Source: Auanema rhodensis (Eukaryota > Animalia > Nematoda). From it: DNA of 64,000 nt. The notes beneath the pieces were generated by a model that was not told the DNA's origin, searched no databases, and was given only the letters and a program-made list of their open reading frames with translations. A program made the translations under genes and the position numbers. Of the stretch, positions 42,601-56,490 are shown piece after piece. Every line of letters begins with the position of its first letter. Position 1 is the stretch's first letter. The stretch spans positions 19,158,001-19,222,000 of the forward strand of contig OZ059898.1 of NCBI GenBank assembly GCA_964057225.1, given 5' to 3'.

Positions 42601-45600
42601 TTTGAAATTTTTCGAAAAAATTTTTGTCAAAATGTTTTTGGAAGCAATGTTGAGTGAACATGGAAACTCAACATACACTAATGCATCATTTTTCGAACAA
42701 TCATAACTAATTTTTGTATTAAGCGTTTCTCAATGTAGTATAGTGCATTTGATGCGGATTTTTAAGCTGCGTCGATCTGTGTTATCAGATTTGCGCTAGC
42801 TTAAAAATGCACCGAGATATCAACTGATATAAGTTCACACTTATATCCTCGATTTTCACCCTGAAGAATTAATTTTTTCGTTGAATAACATTGTCCATCG
42901 TCTTTGCCTTGAAAAAAGGAATCTAAAAACATCTACTTTTTGCTAAATTATTTTGAAATTTTTCGAAAAAATTTTTGTCAAAATGTTTTTGGAAGCAATG
43001 TTGAGTGTACATGGAAACTCAACATACACTAATGCATCATTTTTCAAACGATCATAACTAATTTTTGTATTAAGCGTTTCTCAATGTAGTATAGTGCATT
43101 TGATGCGGATTTTTAAGCTGCGTCGATCTGTGTTATCAGATTTGCGCTAGCTTAAAAATGCACCGAGATATCAACTGATATAAGTTCACACTTATATCCT
43201 CGATTTTCACCCTGAAGAATTATTTTTTTCGTTGAATAACATTGTCCATCGTCTTTGCCTTGAAAAAAGGAATCTAAAAACATCTACTTTTTGCTAAATT
43301 ATTTTGAAATTTTTCGAAAAAATTTTTGTCAAAATGTTTTTGGAAGCAATGTTGAGTGTACATGGAAACTCAACATACACTAATGCATCATTTTTCAAAC
43401 GATCATAACTAATTTTTGTATTAAGCGTTTCTCAATGTGGTATAGTGCATTCGATGCGGATTTTTAAGCTGCGTCGATCTGTGTTATCAGATTTGCGCTA
43501 GCTTAAAAATGCACCGAGATATCAACTGATATAAGTTCACACTTATATCCTCGATTTTCACCCTGAAGAATTAATTTTTTCGTTGAATAACATTGTCCAT
43601 CGTCTTTGCCTTGAAAAAAGGAATCTAAAAACATCTACTTTTTGCTAAATTATTTTGAAATTTTTCGAAAAAATTTTTGTCAAAATGTTTTTGGAAGCAA
43701 TGTTGAGTGAACATGGAAACTCAACATACACTAATGCATCATTTTTCGAACAATCATAACTAATTTTTGTATTAAGCGTTTCTCAATGTAGTATAGTGCA
43801 TTTGATGCGGATTTTTAAGCTGCGTCGATCTGTGTTATCAGATTTGCGCTAGCTTAAAAATGCACCGAGATATCAACTGATATAAGTTCACACTTATATC
43901 CTCGATTTTCACCCTGAAGAATTAATTTTTTCGTTGAATAACATTGTCCATCGTCTTTGCCTTGAAAAAAGGAATCTAAAAACATCTACTTTTTGCTAAA
44001 TTATTTTGAAATTTTTCGAAAAAATTTTTGTCAAAATGTTTTTGGAAGCAATGTTGAGTGAACATGGAAACTCAACATACACTAATGCATCATTTTTCGA
44101 ACAATCATAACTAATTTTTGTATTAAGCGTTTCTCAATGTAGTATAGTGCATTTGATGCGGATTTTTAAGCTGCGTCGATCTGTGTTATCAGATTTGCGC
44201 TAGCTTAAAAATGCACCGAGATATCAACTGATATAAGTTCACACTTATATCCTCGATTTTCACCCTGAAGAATTAATTTTTTCGTTGAATAACATTGTCC
44301 ATCGTCTTTGCCTTGAAAAAAGGAATCTAAAAACATCTACTTTTTGCTAAATTATTTTGAAATTTTTCGAAAAAATTTTTGTCAAAATGTTTTTGGAAGC
44401 AATGTTGAGTGAACATGGAAACTCAACATACACTAATGCATCATTTTTCGAACAATCATAACTAATTTTTGTATTAAGCGTTTCTCAATGTAGTATAGTG
44501 CATTTGATGCGGATTTTTAAGCTGCGTCGATCTGTGTTATCAGATTTGCGCTAGCTTAAAAATGCACCGAGATATCAACTGATATAAGTTCACACTTATA
44601 TCCTCGATTTTCACCCTGAAGAATTATTTTTTTCGTTGAATAACATTGTCCATCGTCTTTGCCTTGAAAAAAGGAATCTAAAAACATCTACTTTTTGCTA
44701 AATTATTTCGAAATTTTTCGAAAAAATTTTTGTCAAAATGTTTTTGGAAGCAATGTTGAGTGTACATGGAAACTCAACATACACTAATGCATCATTTTTC
44801 AAACGATCATAACTAATTTTTGTATTAAGCGTTTCTCAATGTGGTATAGTGCATTCGATGCGGATTTTTAAGCTGCGTCGATCTGTGTTATCAGATTTGC
44901 GCTAGCTTAAAAATGCACCGAGATATCAACTGATATAAGTTCACACTTATATCCTCGATTTTCACCCTGAAGAATTAATTTTTTCGTTGAATAACATTGT
45001 CCATCGTCTTTGCCTTGAAAAAAGGAATCTAAAAACATCTACTTTTTGCTAAATTATTTTGAAATTTTTCGAAAAAATTTTTGTCAAAATGTTTTTGGAA
45101 GCAATGTTGAGTGAACATGGAAACTCAACATACACTAATGCATCATTTTTCGAACAATCATAACTAATTTTTGTATTAAGCGTTTCTCAATGTAGTATAG
45201 TGCATTTGATGCGGATTTTTAAGCTGCGTCGATCTGTGTTATCAGATTTGCGCTAGCTTAAAAATGCACCGAGATATCAACTGATATAAGTTCACACTTA
45301 TATCCTCGATTTTCACCCTGAAGAATTAATTTTTTCGTTGAATAACATTGTCCATCGTCTTTGCCTTGAAAAAAGGAATCTAAAAACATCTACTTTTTGC
45401 TAAATTATTTTGAAATTTTTCGAAAAAATTTTTGTCAAAATGTTTTTGGAAGCAATGTTGAGTGTACATGGAAACTCAACATACACTAATGCATCATTTT
45501 TCAAACGATCATAACTAATTTTTGTATTAAGCGTTTCTCAATGTAGTATAGTGCATTTGATGCGGATTTTTAAGCTGCGTCGATCTGTGTTATCAGATTT

Positions 45601-48600
45601 GCGCAAGCTTAAAAATGCACCGAGATATCAACTGATATAAGTTCACACTTATATCCTCGATTTTCACCCTGAAGAATTATTTTTTTCGTTGAATAACATT
45701 GTCCATCGTCTTTGCCTTGAAAAAAGGAATCTAAAAACATCTACTTTTTGCTAAATTATTTTGAAATTTTTCGAAAAAATTTTTGTCAAAATGTTTTTGG
45801 AAGCAATGTTGAGTGAACATGGAAACTCAACATACACTAATGCATCATTTTTCAAACGATCATAACTAATTTTTGTATTAAGCGTTTCTCAATGTGGTAT
45901 AGTGCATTCGATGCGGATTTTTAAGCTGCGTCGATCTGTGTTATCAGATTTGCGCTAGCTTAAAAATGCACCGAGATATCAACTGATATAAGTTCACACT
46001 TATATCCTCGATTTTCACCCTGAAGAATTAATTTTTTCGTTGAATAACATTGTCCATCGTCTTTGCCTTGAAAAAAGGAATCTAAAAACATCTACTTTTT
46101 GCTAAATTATTTTGAAATTTTTCGAAAAAATTTTTGTCAAAATGTTTTTGGAAGCAATGTTGAGTGAACATGGAAACTCAACATACACTAATGCATCATT
46201 TTTCGAACAATCATAACTAATTTTTGTATTAAGCGTTTCTCAATGTAGTATAGTGCATTTGATGCGGATTTTTAAGCTGCGTCGATCTGTGTTATCAGAT
46301 TTGCGCTAGCTTAAAAATGCACCGAGATATCAACTGATATAAGTTCACACTTATATCCTCGATTTTCACCCTGAAGAATTAATTTTTTCGTTGAATAACA
46401 TTGTCCATCGTCTTTGCCTTGAAAAAAGGAATCTAAAAACATCTACTTTTTGCTAAATTATTTTGAAATTTTTCGAAAAAATTTTTGTCAAAATGTTTTT
46501 GGAAGCAATGTTGAGTGAACATGGAAACTCAACATACACTAATGCATCATTTTTCGAACAATCATAACTAATTTTTGTATTAAGCGTTTCTCAATGTAGT
46601 ATAGTGCATTTGATGCGGATTTTTAAGCTGCGTCGATCTGTGTTATCAGATTTGCGCTAGCTTAAAAATGCACCGAGATATCAACTGATATAAGTTCACA
46701 CTTATATCCTCGATTTTCACCCTGAAGAATTATTTTTTTCGTTGAATAACATTGTCCATCGTCTTTGCCTTGAAAAAAGGAATCTAAAAACATCTACTTT
46801 TTGCTAAATTATTTCGAAATTTTTCGAAAAAATTTTTGTCAAAATGTTTTTGGAAGCAATGTTGAGTGTACATGGAAACTCAACATACACTAATGCATCA
46901 TTTTTCAAACGATCATAACTAATTTTTGTATTAAGCGTTTCTCAATGTAGTATAGTGCATTCGATGCGGATTTTTAAGCTGCGTCGATCTGTGTTATCAG
47001 ATTTGCGCTAGCTTAAAAATGCACCGAGATATCAACTGATATAAGTTCACACTTATATCCTCGATTTTCACCCTGAAGAATTAATTTTTTCGCTGAATAA
47101 CATTGTCCATCGTCTTTGCCTTGAAAAAAGGAATCTAAAAACATCTACTTTTTGCTAAATTATTTTGAAATTTTTCGAAAAAATTTTTGTCAAAATGTTT
47201 TTGGAAGCAATGTTGAGTGAACATGGAAACTCAACATACACTAATGCATCATTTTTCGAACAATCATAACTAATTTTTGTATTAAGCGTTTCTCAATGTA
47301 GTATAGTGCATTTGATGCGGATTTTTAAGCTGCGTCGATCTGTGTTATCAGATTTGCGCTAGCTTAAAAATGCACCGAGATATCAACTGATATAAGTTCA
47401 CACTTATATCCTCGATTTTCACCCTGAAGAATTAATTTTTTCGTTGAATAACATTGTCCATCGTCTTTGCCTTGAAAAAAGGAATCTAAAAACATCTACT
47501 TTTTGCTAAATTATTTTGAAATTTTTCGAAAAAATTTTTGTCAAAATGTTTTTGGAAGCAATGTTGAGTGAACATGGAAACTCAACATACACTAATGCAT
47601 CATTTTTCGAACAATCATAACTAATTTTTGTATTAAGCGTTTCTCAATGTAGTATAGTGCATTTGATGCGGATTTTTAAGCTGCGTCGATCTGTGTTATC
47701 AGATTTGCGCTAGCTTAAAAATGCACCGAGATATCAACTGATATAAGTTCACACTTATATCCTCGATTTTCACCCTGAAGAATTATTTTTTTCGTTGAAT
47801 AACATTGTCCATCGTCTTTGCCTTGAAAAAAGGAATCTAAAAACATCTACTTTTTGCTAAATTATTTCGAAATTTTTCGAAAAAATTTTTGTCAAAATGT
47901 TTTTGGAAGCAATGTTGAGTGTACATGGAAACTCAACATACACTAATGCATCATTTTTCAAACGATCATAACTAATTTTTGTATTAAGCGTTTCTCAATG
48001 TAGTATAGTGCATTCGATGCGGATTTTTAAGCTGCGTCGATCTGTGTTATCAGATTTGCGCTAGCTTAAAAATGCACCGAGATATCAACTGATATAAGTT
48101 CACACTTATATCCTCGATTTTCACCCTGAAGAATTAATTTTTTCGTTGAATAACATTGTTCATCGTCTTTGCCTTGAAAAAAGGAATCTAAAAACATCTA
48201 CTTTTTGCTAAATTATTTTGAAATTTTTCGAAAAAATTTTTGTCAAAATGTTTTTGGAAGCAATGTTGAGTGAACATGGAAACTCAACATACACTAATGC
48301 ATCATTTTTCGAACAATCATAACTAATTTTTGTATTAAGCGTTTCTCAATGTAGTATAGTGCATTTGATGCGGATTTTTAAGCTGCGTCGATCTGTGTTA
48401 TCAGATTTGCGCTAGCTTAAAAATGCACCGAGATATCAACTGATATAAGTTCACACTTATATCCTCGATTTTCACCCTGAAGAATTAATTTTTTCGTTGA
48501 ATAACATTGTCCATCGTCTTTGCCTTGAAAAAAGGAATCTAAAAACATCTACTTTTTGCTAAATTATTTCGAAATTTTTCGAAAAAATTTTTGTCAAAAT

Positions 48601-50887
48601 GTTTTTGGAAGCAATGTTGAGTGTACATGGAAACTCAACATACACTAATGCATCATTTTTCAAACGATCATAACTAATTTTTGTATTAAGCGTTTCTCAA
48701 TGTAGTATAGTGCATTCGATGCGGATTTTTAAGCTGCGTCGATCTGTGTTATCAGATTTGCGCTAGCTTAAAAATGCACCGAGATATCAACTGATATAAG
48801 TTCACACTTATATCCTCGATTTTCACCCTGAAGAATTAATTTTTTCGTTGAATAACATTGTCCATCGTCTTTGCCTTGAAAAAAGGAATCTAAAAACATC
48901 TACTTTTTGCTAAATTATTTTGAAATTTTTCGAAAAAATTTTTGTCAAAATGTTTTTGGAAGCAATGTTGAGTGAACATGGAAACTCAACATACACTAAT
49001 GCATCATTTTTCGAACAATCATAACTAATTTTTGTATTAAGCGTTTCTCAATGTAGTATAGTGCATTTGATGCGGATTTTTAAGCTGCGTCGATCTGTGT
49101 TATCAGATTTGCGCTAGCTTAAAAATGCACCGAGATATCAACTGATATAAGTTCACACTTATATCCTCGATTTTCACCCTGAAGAATTAATTTTTTCGTT
49201 GAATAACATTGTCCATCGTCTTTGCCTTGAAAAAAGGAATCTAAAAACATCTACTTTTTGCTAAATTATTTTGAAATTTTTCGAAAAAATTTTTGTCAAA
49301 ATGTTTTTGGAAGCAATGTTGAGTGTACATGGAAACTCAACATACACTAATGCATCATTTTTCAAACGATCATAACTAATTTTTGTATTAAGCGTTTCTC
49401 AATGTAGTATAGTGCATTCGATGCGGATTTTCAAGCTGCGTCGATCTGTGTTATCAGATTTGCGCTAGCTTAAAAATGCACCGAGATATCAACTGATATA
49501 AGTTCACACTTATATCCTCGATTTTCACCCTGAAGAATTATTTTTTTCGTTGAATAACATTGTCCATCGTCTTTGCCTTGAAAAAAGGAATCTAAAAACA
49601 TCTACTTTTTGCTAAATTATTTTGAAATTTTTTGAAAACATTTTTGTCAAAATGTTTTTGGAAGCAATGTTGAGTGAACATGGAAACTCAACATACACTA
49701 ATGCATCATTTTTCGAACAATCATAACTAATTTTTGTATTAAGCGTTTCTCAATGTAGTATAGTGCATTTGATGCGGATTTTTAAGCTGCGTCGATCTGT
49801 GTTATCAGATTTGCGCTAGCTTAAAAATGCACCGAGATATCAACTGATATAAGTTCACACTTATATCCTCGATTTTCACCCTGAAGAATTAATTTTTTCG
49901 TTGAATAACACTGTCCATCGTCTTTGCCTTGAAAAAAGGAATCTAAAAACATCTACTTTTTGCTAAATTATTTTGAAATTTTTCGAAAAAATTTTTGTCA
50001 AAATGTTTTTGGAAGCAATGTTGAGTGAACATGGAAACTCAACATACACTAATGCATCATTTTTCGAACAATCATAACTAATTTTTGTATTAAGCGTTTC
50101 TCAATGTAGTATAGTGCATTTGATGCGGATTTTTAAGCTGCGTCGATCTGTGTTATCAGATTTGCGCTAGCTTAAAAATGCACCGAGATATCAACTGATA
50201 TAAGTTCACACTTATATCCTCGATTTTCACCCTGAAGAATTAATTTTTTCGTTGAATAACATTGTCCATCGTCTTTGCCTTGAAAAAAGGAATCTAAAAA
50301 CATCTACTTTTTGCTAAATTATTTTGAAATTTTTCGAAAAAATTTTTGTCAAAATGTTTTTGGAAGCAATGTTGAGTGTACATGGAAACTCAACATACAC
50401 TAATGCATCATTTTTCAAACGATCATAACTAATTTTTGTATTAAGCGTTTCTCAATGTAGTATAGTGCATTCGATGCGGATTTTTAAGCTGCGTCGATCT
50501 GTGTTATCAGATTTGCGCTAGCTAAAAAATGCACCGAGATATCAACTGATATAAGTTCACACTTATATCCTCGATTTTCACCCTGAAGAATTATTTTTTT
50601 CGTTGAATAACATTGTCCATCGTCTTTGCCTTGAAAAAAGGAATCTAAAAACATCTACTTTTTGCTAAATTATTTTGAAATTTTTCGAAAAAATTTTTGT
50701 CAAAATGTTTTTGGAAGCAATGTTGAGTGTACATGGAAACTCAACATACACTAATGCATCATTTTTCAAACGATCATAACTAATTTTTGTATTAAGCGTT
50801 TCTCAATGTAGTATAGTGCATTCGATGCGGATTTTTAAGCTGCGTCGATCTGTGTTATCAGATTTGCGCTAGCTTAAAAATGCACCG

Positions 50888-52993
50888 AGATATCAACTGA
50901 TATAAGTTCACACTTATATCCTCGATTTTCACCCTGAAGAATTATTTTTTTCGTTGAATAACATTGTCCATCGTCTTTGCCTTGAAAAAAGGAATCTAAA
51001 AACATCTACTTTTTGCTAAATTATTTTGAAATTTTTCGAAAACATTTTTGTCAAAATGTTTTTGGAAGCAATGTTGAGTGAACATGGAAACTCAACATAC
51101 ACTAATGCATCATTTTTCGAACAATCATAACTAATTTTTGTATTAAGCGTTTCTCAATGTAGTATAGTGCATTTGATGCGGATTTTTAAGCTGCGTCGAT
51201 CTGTGTTATCAGATTTGCGCTAGCTTAAAAATGCACCGAGATATCAACTGATATAAGTTCACACTTATATCCTCGATTTTCACCCTGAAGAATTAATTTT
51301 TTCGTTGAATAACATTGTCCATCGTCTTTGCCTTGAAAAAAGGAATCTAAAAACATCTACTTTTTGCTAAATTATTTTGAAATTTTTCGAAAAAATTTTT
51401 GTCAAAATGTTTTTGGAAGCAATGTTGAGTGTACATGGAAACTCAACATACACTAATGCATCATTTTTCAAACGATCATAACTAATTTTTGTATTGAGCG
51501 TTTCTCAATGTAGTATAGTGCATTCGATGCGGATTTTTAAGCTGCGTCGATCTGTGTTATCAGATTTGCGCTAGCTTAAAAATGCACCGAGATATCAACT
51601 GATATAAGTTCACACTTATATCCTCGATTTTCACCCTGAAGAATTATTTTTTTCGTTGAATAACATTGTCCATCGTCTTTGCCTTGAAAAAAGGAATCTA
51701 AAAACATCTACTTTTTGCTAAATTATTTTGAAATTTTTCGAAAACATTTTTGTCAAAATGTTTTTGGAAGCAATGTTGAGTGAACATGGAAACTCAACAT
51801 ACACTAATGCATCATTTTTCGAACAATCATAACTAATTTTTGTATTAAGCGTTTCTCAATGTAGTATAGTGCATTTGATGCGGATTTTTAAGCTGCGTCG
51901 ATCTGTGTTATCAGATTTGCGCTAGCTTAAAAATGCACCGAGATATCAACTGATATAAGTTCACACTTATATCCTCGATTTTCACCCTGAAGAATTAATT
52001 TTTTCGTTGAATAACATTGTCCATCGTCTTTGCCTTGAAAAAAGGAATCTAAAAACATCTACTTTTTGCTAAATTATTTTGAAATTTTTCGAAAAAATTT
52101 TTGTCAAAATGTTTTTGGAAGCAATGTTGAGTGTACATGGAAACTCAACATACACTAATGCATCATTTTTCAAACGATCATAACTAACTTTTGTATTGAG
52201 CGTTTCTCAATGTAGTATAGTGCATTCGATGCGGATTTTTAAGCTGCGTCGATCTGTGTTATCAGATTTGCGCTAGCTTAAAAATGCACCGAGATATCAA
52301 CTGATATAAGTTCACACTTATATCCTCGATTTTCACCCTGAAGAATTATTTTTTTCGTTGAATAACATTGTCCATCGTCTTTGCCTTGAAAAAAGGAATC
52401 TAAAAACATCTACTTTTTGCTAAATTATTTTGAAATTTTTCGAAAACATTTTTGTCAAAATGTTTTTGGAAGCAATGTTGAGTGAACATGGAAACTCAAC
52501 ATACACTAATGCATCATTTTTCGAACAATCATAACTAATTTTTGTATTAAGCGTTTCTCAATGTAGTATAGTGCATTTGATGCGGATTTTTAAGCTGCGT
52601 CGATCTGTGTTATCAGATTTGCGCTAGCTTAAAAATGCACCGAGATATCAACTGATATAAGTTCACACTTATATCCTCGATTTTCACCCTGAAGAATTAA
52701 TTTTTTCGTTGAATAACATTGTCCATCGTCTTTGCCTTGAAAAAAGGAATCTAAAAACATCTACTTTTTGCTAAATTATTTTGAAATTTTTCGAAAAAAT
52801 TTTTGTCAAAATGTTTTTGGAAGCAATGTTGAGTGTACATGGAAACTCAACATACACTAATGCATCATTTTTCAAACGATCATAACTAACTTTTGTATTG
52901 AGCGTTTCTCAATGTAGTATAGTGCATTCGATGCGGATTTTTAAGCTGCGTCGATCTGTGTTATCAGATTTGCGCTAGCTTAAAAATGCACCG
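50888..52993. repeat. Dimer higher-order repeat (702 bp x3)
   Basis: GAAAACATT marker at 51043/51745/52447 and ATTGAGCG at 51496/52198/52900. Confidence 0.88.
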
Positions 52994-55900
52994 AGATATC
53001 AACTGATATAAGTTCACACTTATATCCTCGATTTTCACCCTGAAGAATTAATTTTTTCGTTGAATAACATTGTCCATCGTCTTTGCCTTGAAAAAAGGAA
53101 TCTAAAAACATCTACTTTTTGCTAAATTATTTTGAAATTTTTCGAAAAAATTTTTGTCAAAATGTTTTTGGAAGCAATGTTGAGTGAACATGGAAACTCA
53201 ACATACACTAATGCATCATTTTTCGAACAATCATAACTAATTTTTGTATTAAGCGTTTCTCAATGTAGTATAGTGCATTTGATGCAGATTTTTAAGCTGC
53301 GTCGATCTGTGTTATCAGATTTGCGCTAGCTTAAAAATGCACCGAGATATCAACTGATATAAGTTCACACTTATATCCTCGATTTTCACCCTGAAGAATT
53401 ATTTTTTTCGTTGAATAACATTGTCCATCGTCTTTGCCTTGAAAAAAGGAATCTAAAAACATCTACTTTTTGCTAAATTATTTTGAAATTTTTCGAAAAA
53501 ATTTTTGTCAAAATGTTTTTGGAAGCAATGTTGAGTGAACATGGAAACTCAACATACACTAATGCATCATTTTTCGAACAATCATAACTAATTTTTGTAT
53601 TAAGCGTTTCTCAATGTAGTATAGTGCATTTGATGCGGATTTTTAAGCTGCGTCGATCTGTGTTATCAGATTTGCGCTAGCTTAAAAATGCACCGAGATA
53701 TCAACTGATATAAGTTCACACTTATATCCTCGATTTTCACCCTGAAGAATTAATTTTTTCGTTGAATAACATTGTCCATCGTCTTTGCCTTGAAAAAAGG
53801 AATCTAAAAACATCTACTTTTTGCTAAATTATTTTGAAATTTTTCGAAAAAATTTTTGTCAAAATGTTTTTGGAAGCAATGTTGAGTGAACATGGAAACT
53901 CAACATACACTAATGCATCATTTTTCGAACAATCATAACTAATTTTTGTATTAAGCGTTTCTCAATGTAGTATAGTGCATTTGATGCAGATTTTTAAGCT
54001 GCGTCGATCTGTGTTATCAGATTTGCGCTAGCTTAAAAATGCACCGAGATATCAACTGATATAAGTTCACACTTATATCCTCGATTTTCACCCTGAAGAA
54101 TTATTTTTTTCGTTGAATAACATTGTCCATCGTCTTTGCCTTGAAAAAAGGAATCTAAAAACATCTACTTTTTGCTAAATTATTTTGAAATTTTTCGAAA
54201 AAATTTTTGTCAAAATGTTTTTGGAAGCAATGTTGAGTGAACATGGAAACTCAACATACACTAATGCATCATTTTTCGAACAATCATAACTAATTTTTGT
54301 ATTAAGCGTTTCTCAATGTAGTATAGTGCATTTGATGCGGATTTTTAAGCTGCGTCGATCTGTGTTATCAGATTTGCGCTAGCTTAAAAATGCACCGAGA
54401 TATCAACTGATATAAGTTCACACTTATATCCTCGATTTTCACCCTGAAGAATTAATTTTTTCGTTGAATAACATTGTCCATCGTCTTTGCCTTGAAAAAA
54501 GGAATCTAAAAACATCTACTTTTTGCTAAATTATTTTGAAATTTTTCGAAAAAATTTTTGTCAAAATGTTTTTGGAAGCAATGTTGAGTGTACATGGAAA
54601 CTCAACATACACTAATGCATCATTTTTCAAACGATCATAACTAATTTTTGTATTAAGCGTTTCTCAATGTAGTATAGTGCATTCGATGCGGATTTTTAAG
54701 CTGCGTCGATCTGTGTTATCAGATTTGCGCTAGCTTAAAAATGCACCGAGATATCAACTGATATAAGTTCACACCTATATCCTCGATTTTCACCCTGAAG
54801 AATTATTTTTTTCGTTGAATAACATTGTCCATCGTCTTTGCCTTGAAAAAAGGAATCTAAAAACATCTACTTTTTGCTAAATTATTTTGAAATTTTTCGA
54901 AAAAATTTTTGTCAAAATGTTTTTGGAAGCAATGTTGAGTGAACATGGAAACTCAACATACACTAATGCATCATTTTTCGAACAATCATAACTAATTTTT
55001 GTATTAAGCGTTTCTCAATGTAGTATAGTGCATTCGATGCGGATTTTTAAGCTGCGTCGATCTGTGTTATCAGATTTGCGCTAGCTTAAAAATGCACCGA
55101 GATATCAACTGATATAAGTTCACACTTATATCCTCGATTTTCACCCTGAAGAATTATTTTTTTCGTTGAATAACATTGTCCATCGTCTTTGCCTTGAAAA
55201 AAGGAATCTAAAAACATCTACTTTTTGCTAAATTATTTTGAAATTTTTCGAAAAAATTTTTGTCAAAATGTTTTTGGAAGCAATGTTGAGTGAACATGGA
55301 AACTCAACATACACTAATGCATCATTTTTCGAACAATCATAACTAATTTTTGTATTAAGCGTTTCTCAATGTAGTATAGTGCATTTGATGCGGATTTTTA
55401 AGCTGCGTCGATCTGTGTTATCAGATTTGCGCTAGCTTAAAAATGCACCGAGATATCAACTGATATAAGTTCACACTTATATCCTCGATTTTCACCCTGA
55501 AGAATTAATTTTTTCGTTGAATAACATTGTCCATCGTCTTTGCCTTGAAAAAAGGAATCTAAAAACATCTACTTTTTGCTAAATTATTTTGAAATTTTTC
55601 GAAAAAATTTTTGTCAAAATGTTTTTGGAAGCAATGTTGAGTGTACATGGAAACTCAACATACACTAATGCATCATTTTTCAAACGATCATAACTAATTT
55701 TTGTATTAAGCGTTTCTCAATGTAGTATAGTGCATTCGATGCGGATTTTTAAGCTGCGTCGATCTGTGTTATCAGATTTGCGCTAGCTTAAAAATGCACC
55801 GAGATATCAACTGATATAAGTTCACACTTATATCCTCGATTTTCACCCTGAAGAATTATTTTTTTCGTTGAATAACATTGTCCATCGTCTTTGCCTTGAA

Positions 55901-56490
55901 AAAAGGAATCTAAAAACATCTACTTTTTGCTAAATTATTTTGAAATTTTTCGAAAAAATTTTTGTCAAAATGTTTTTGGAAGCAATGTTGAGTGAACATG
56001 GAAACTCAACATACACTAATGCATCATTTTTCGAACAATCATAACTAATTTTTGTATTAAGCGTTTCTCAATGTAGTATAGTGCATTTGATGCGGATTTT
56101 TAAGCTGCGTCGATCTGTGTTATCAGATTTGCGCTAGCTTAAAAATGCACCGAGATATCAACTGATATAAGTTCACACTTATATCCTCGATTTTCACCCT
56201 GAAGAATTAATTTTTTCGTTGAATAACATTGTCCATCGTCTTTGCCTTGAAAAAAGGAATCTAAAAACATCTACTTTTTGCTAAATTATTTTGAAATTTT
56301 TCGAAAAAATTTTTGTCAAAATGTTTTTGGAAGCAATGTTGAGTGTACATGGAAACTCAACATACACTAATGCATCATTTTTCAAACGATCATAACTAAT
56401 TTTTGTATTAAGCGTTTCTCAATGTAGTATAGTGCATTCGATGCGGATTTTTAAGCTGCGTCGATCTGTGTTATCAGATTTGCGCTAGCT

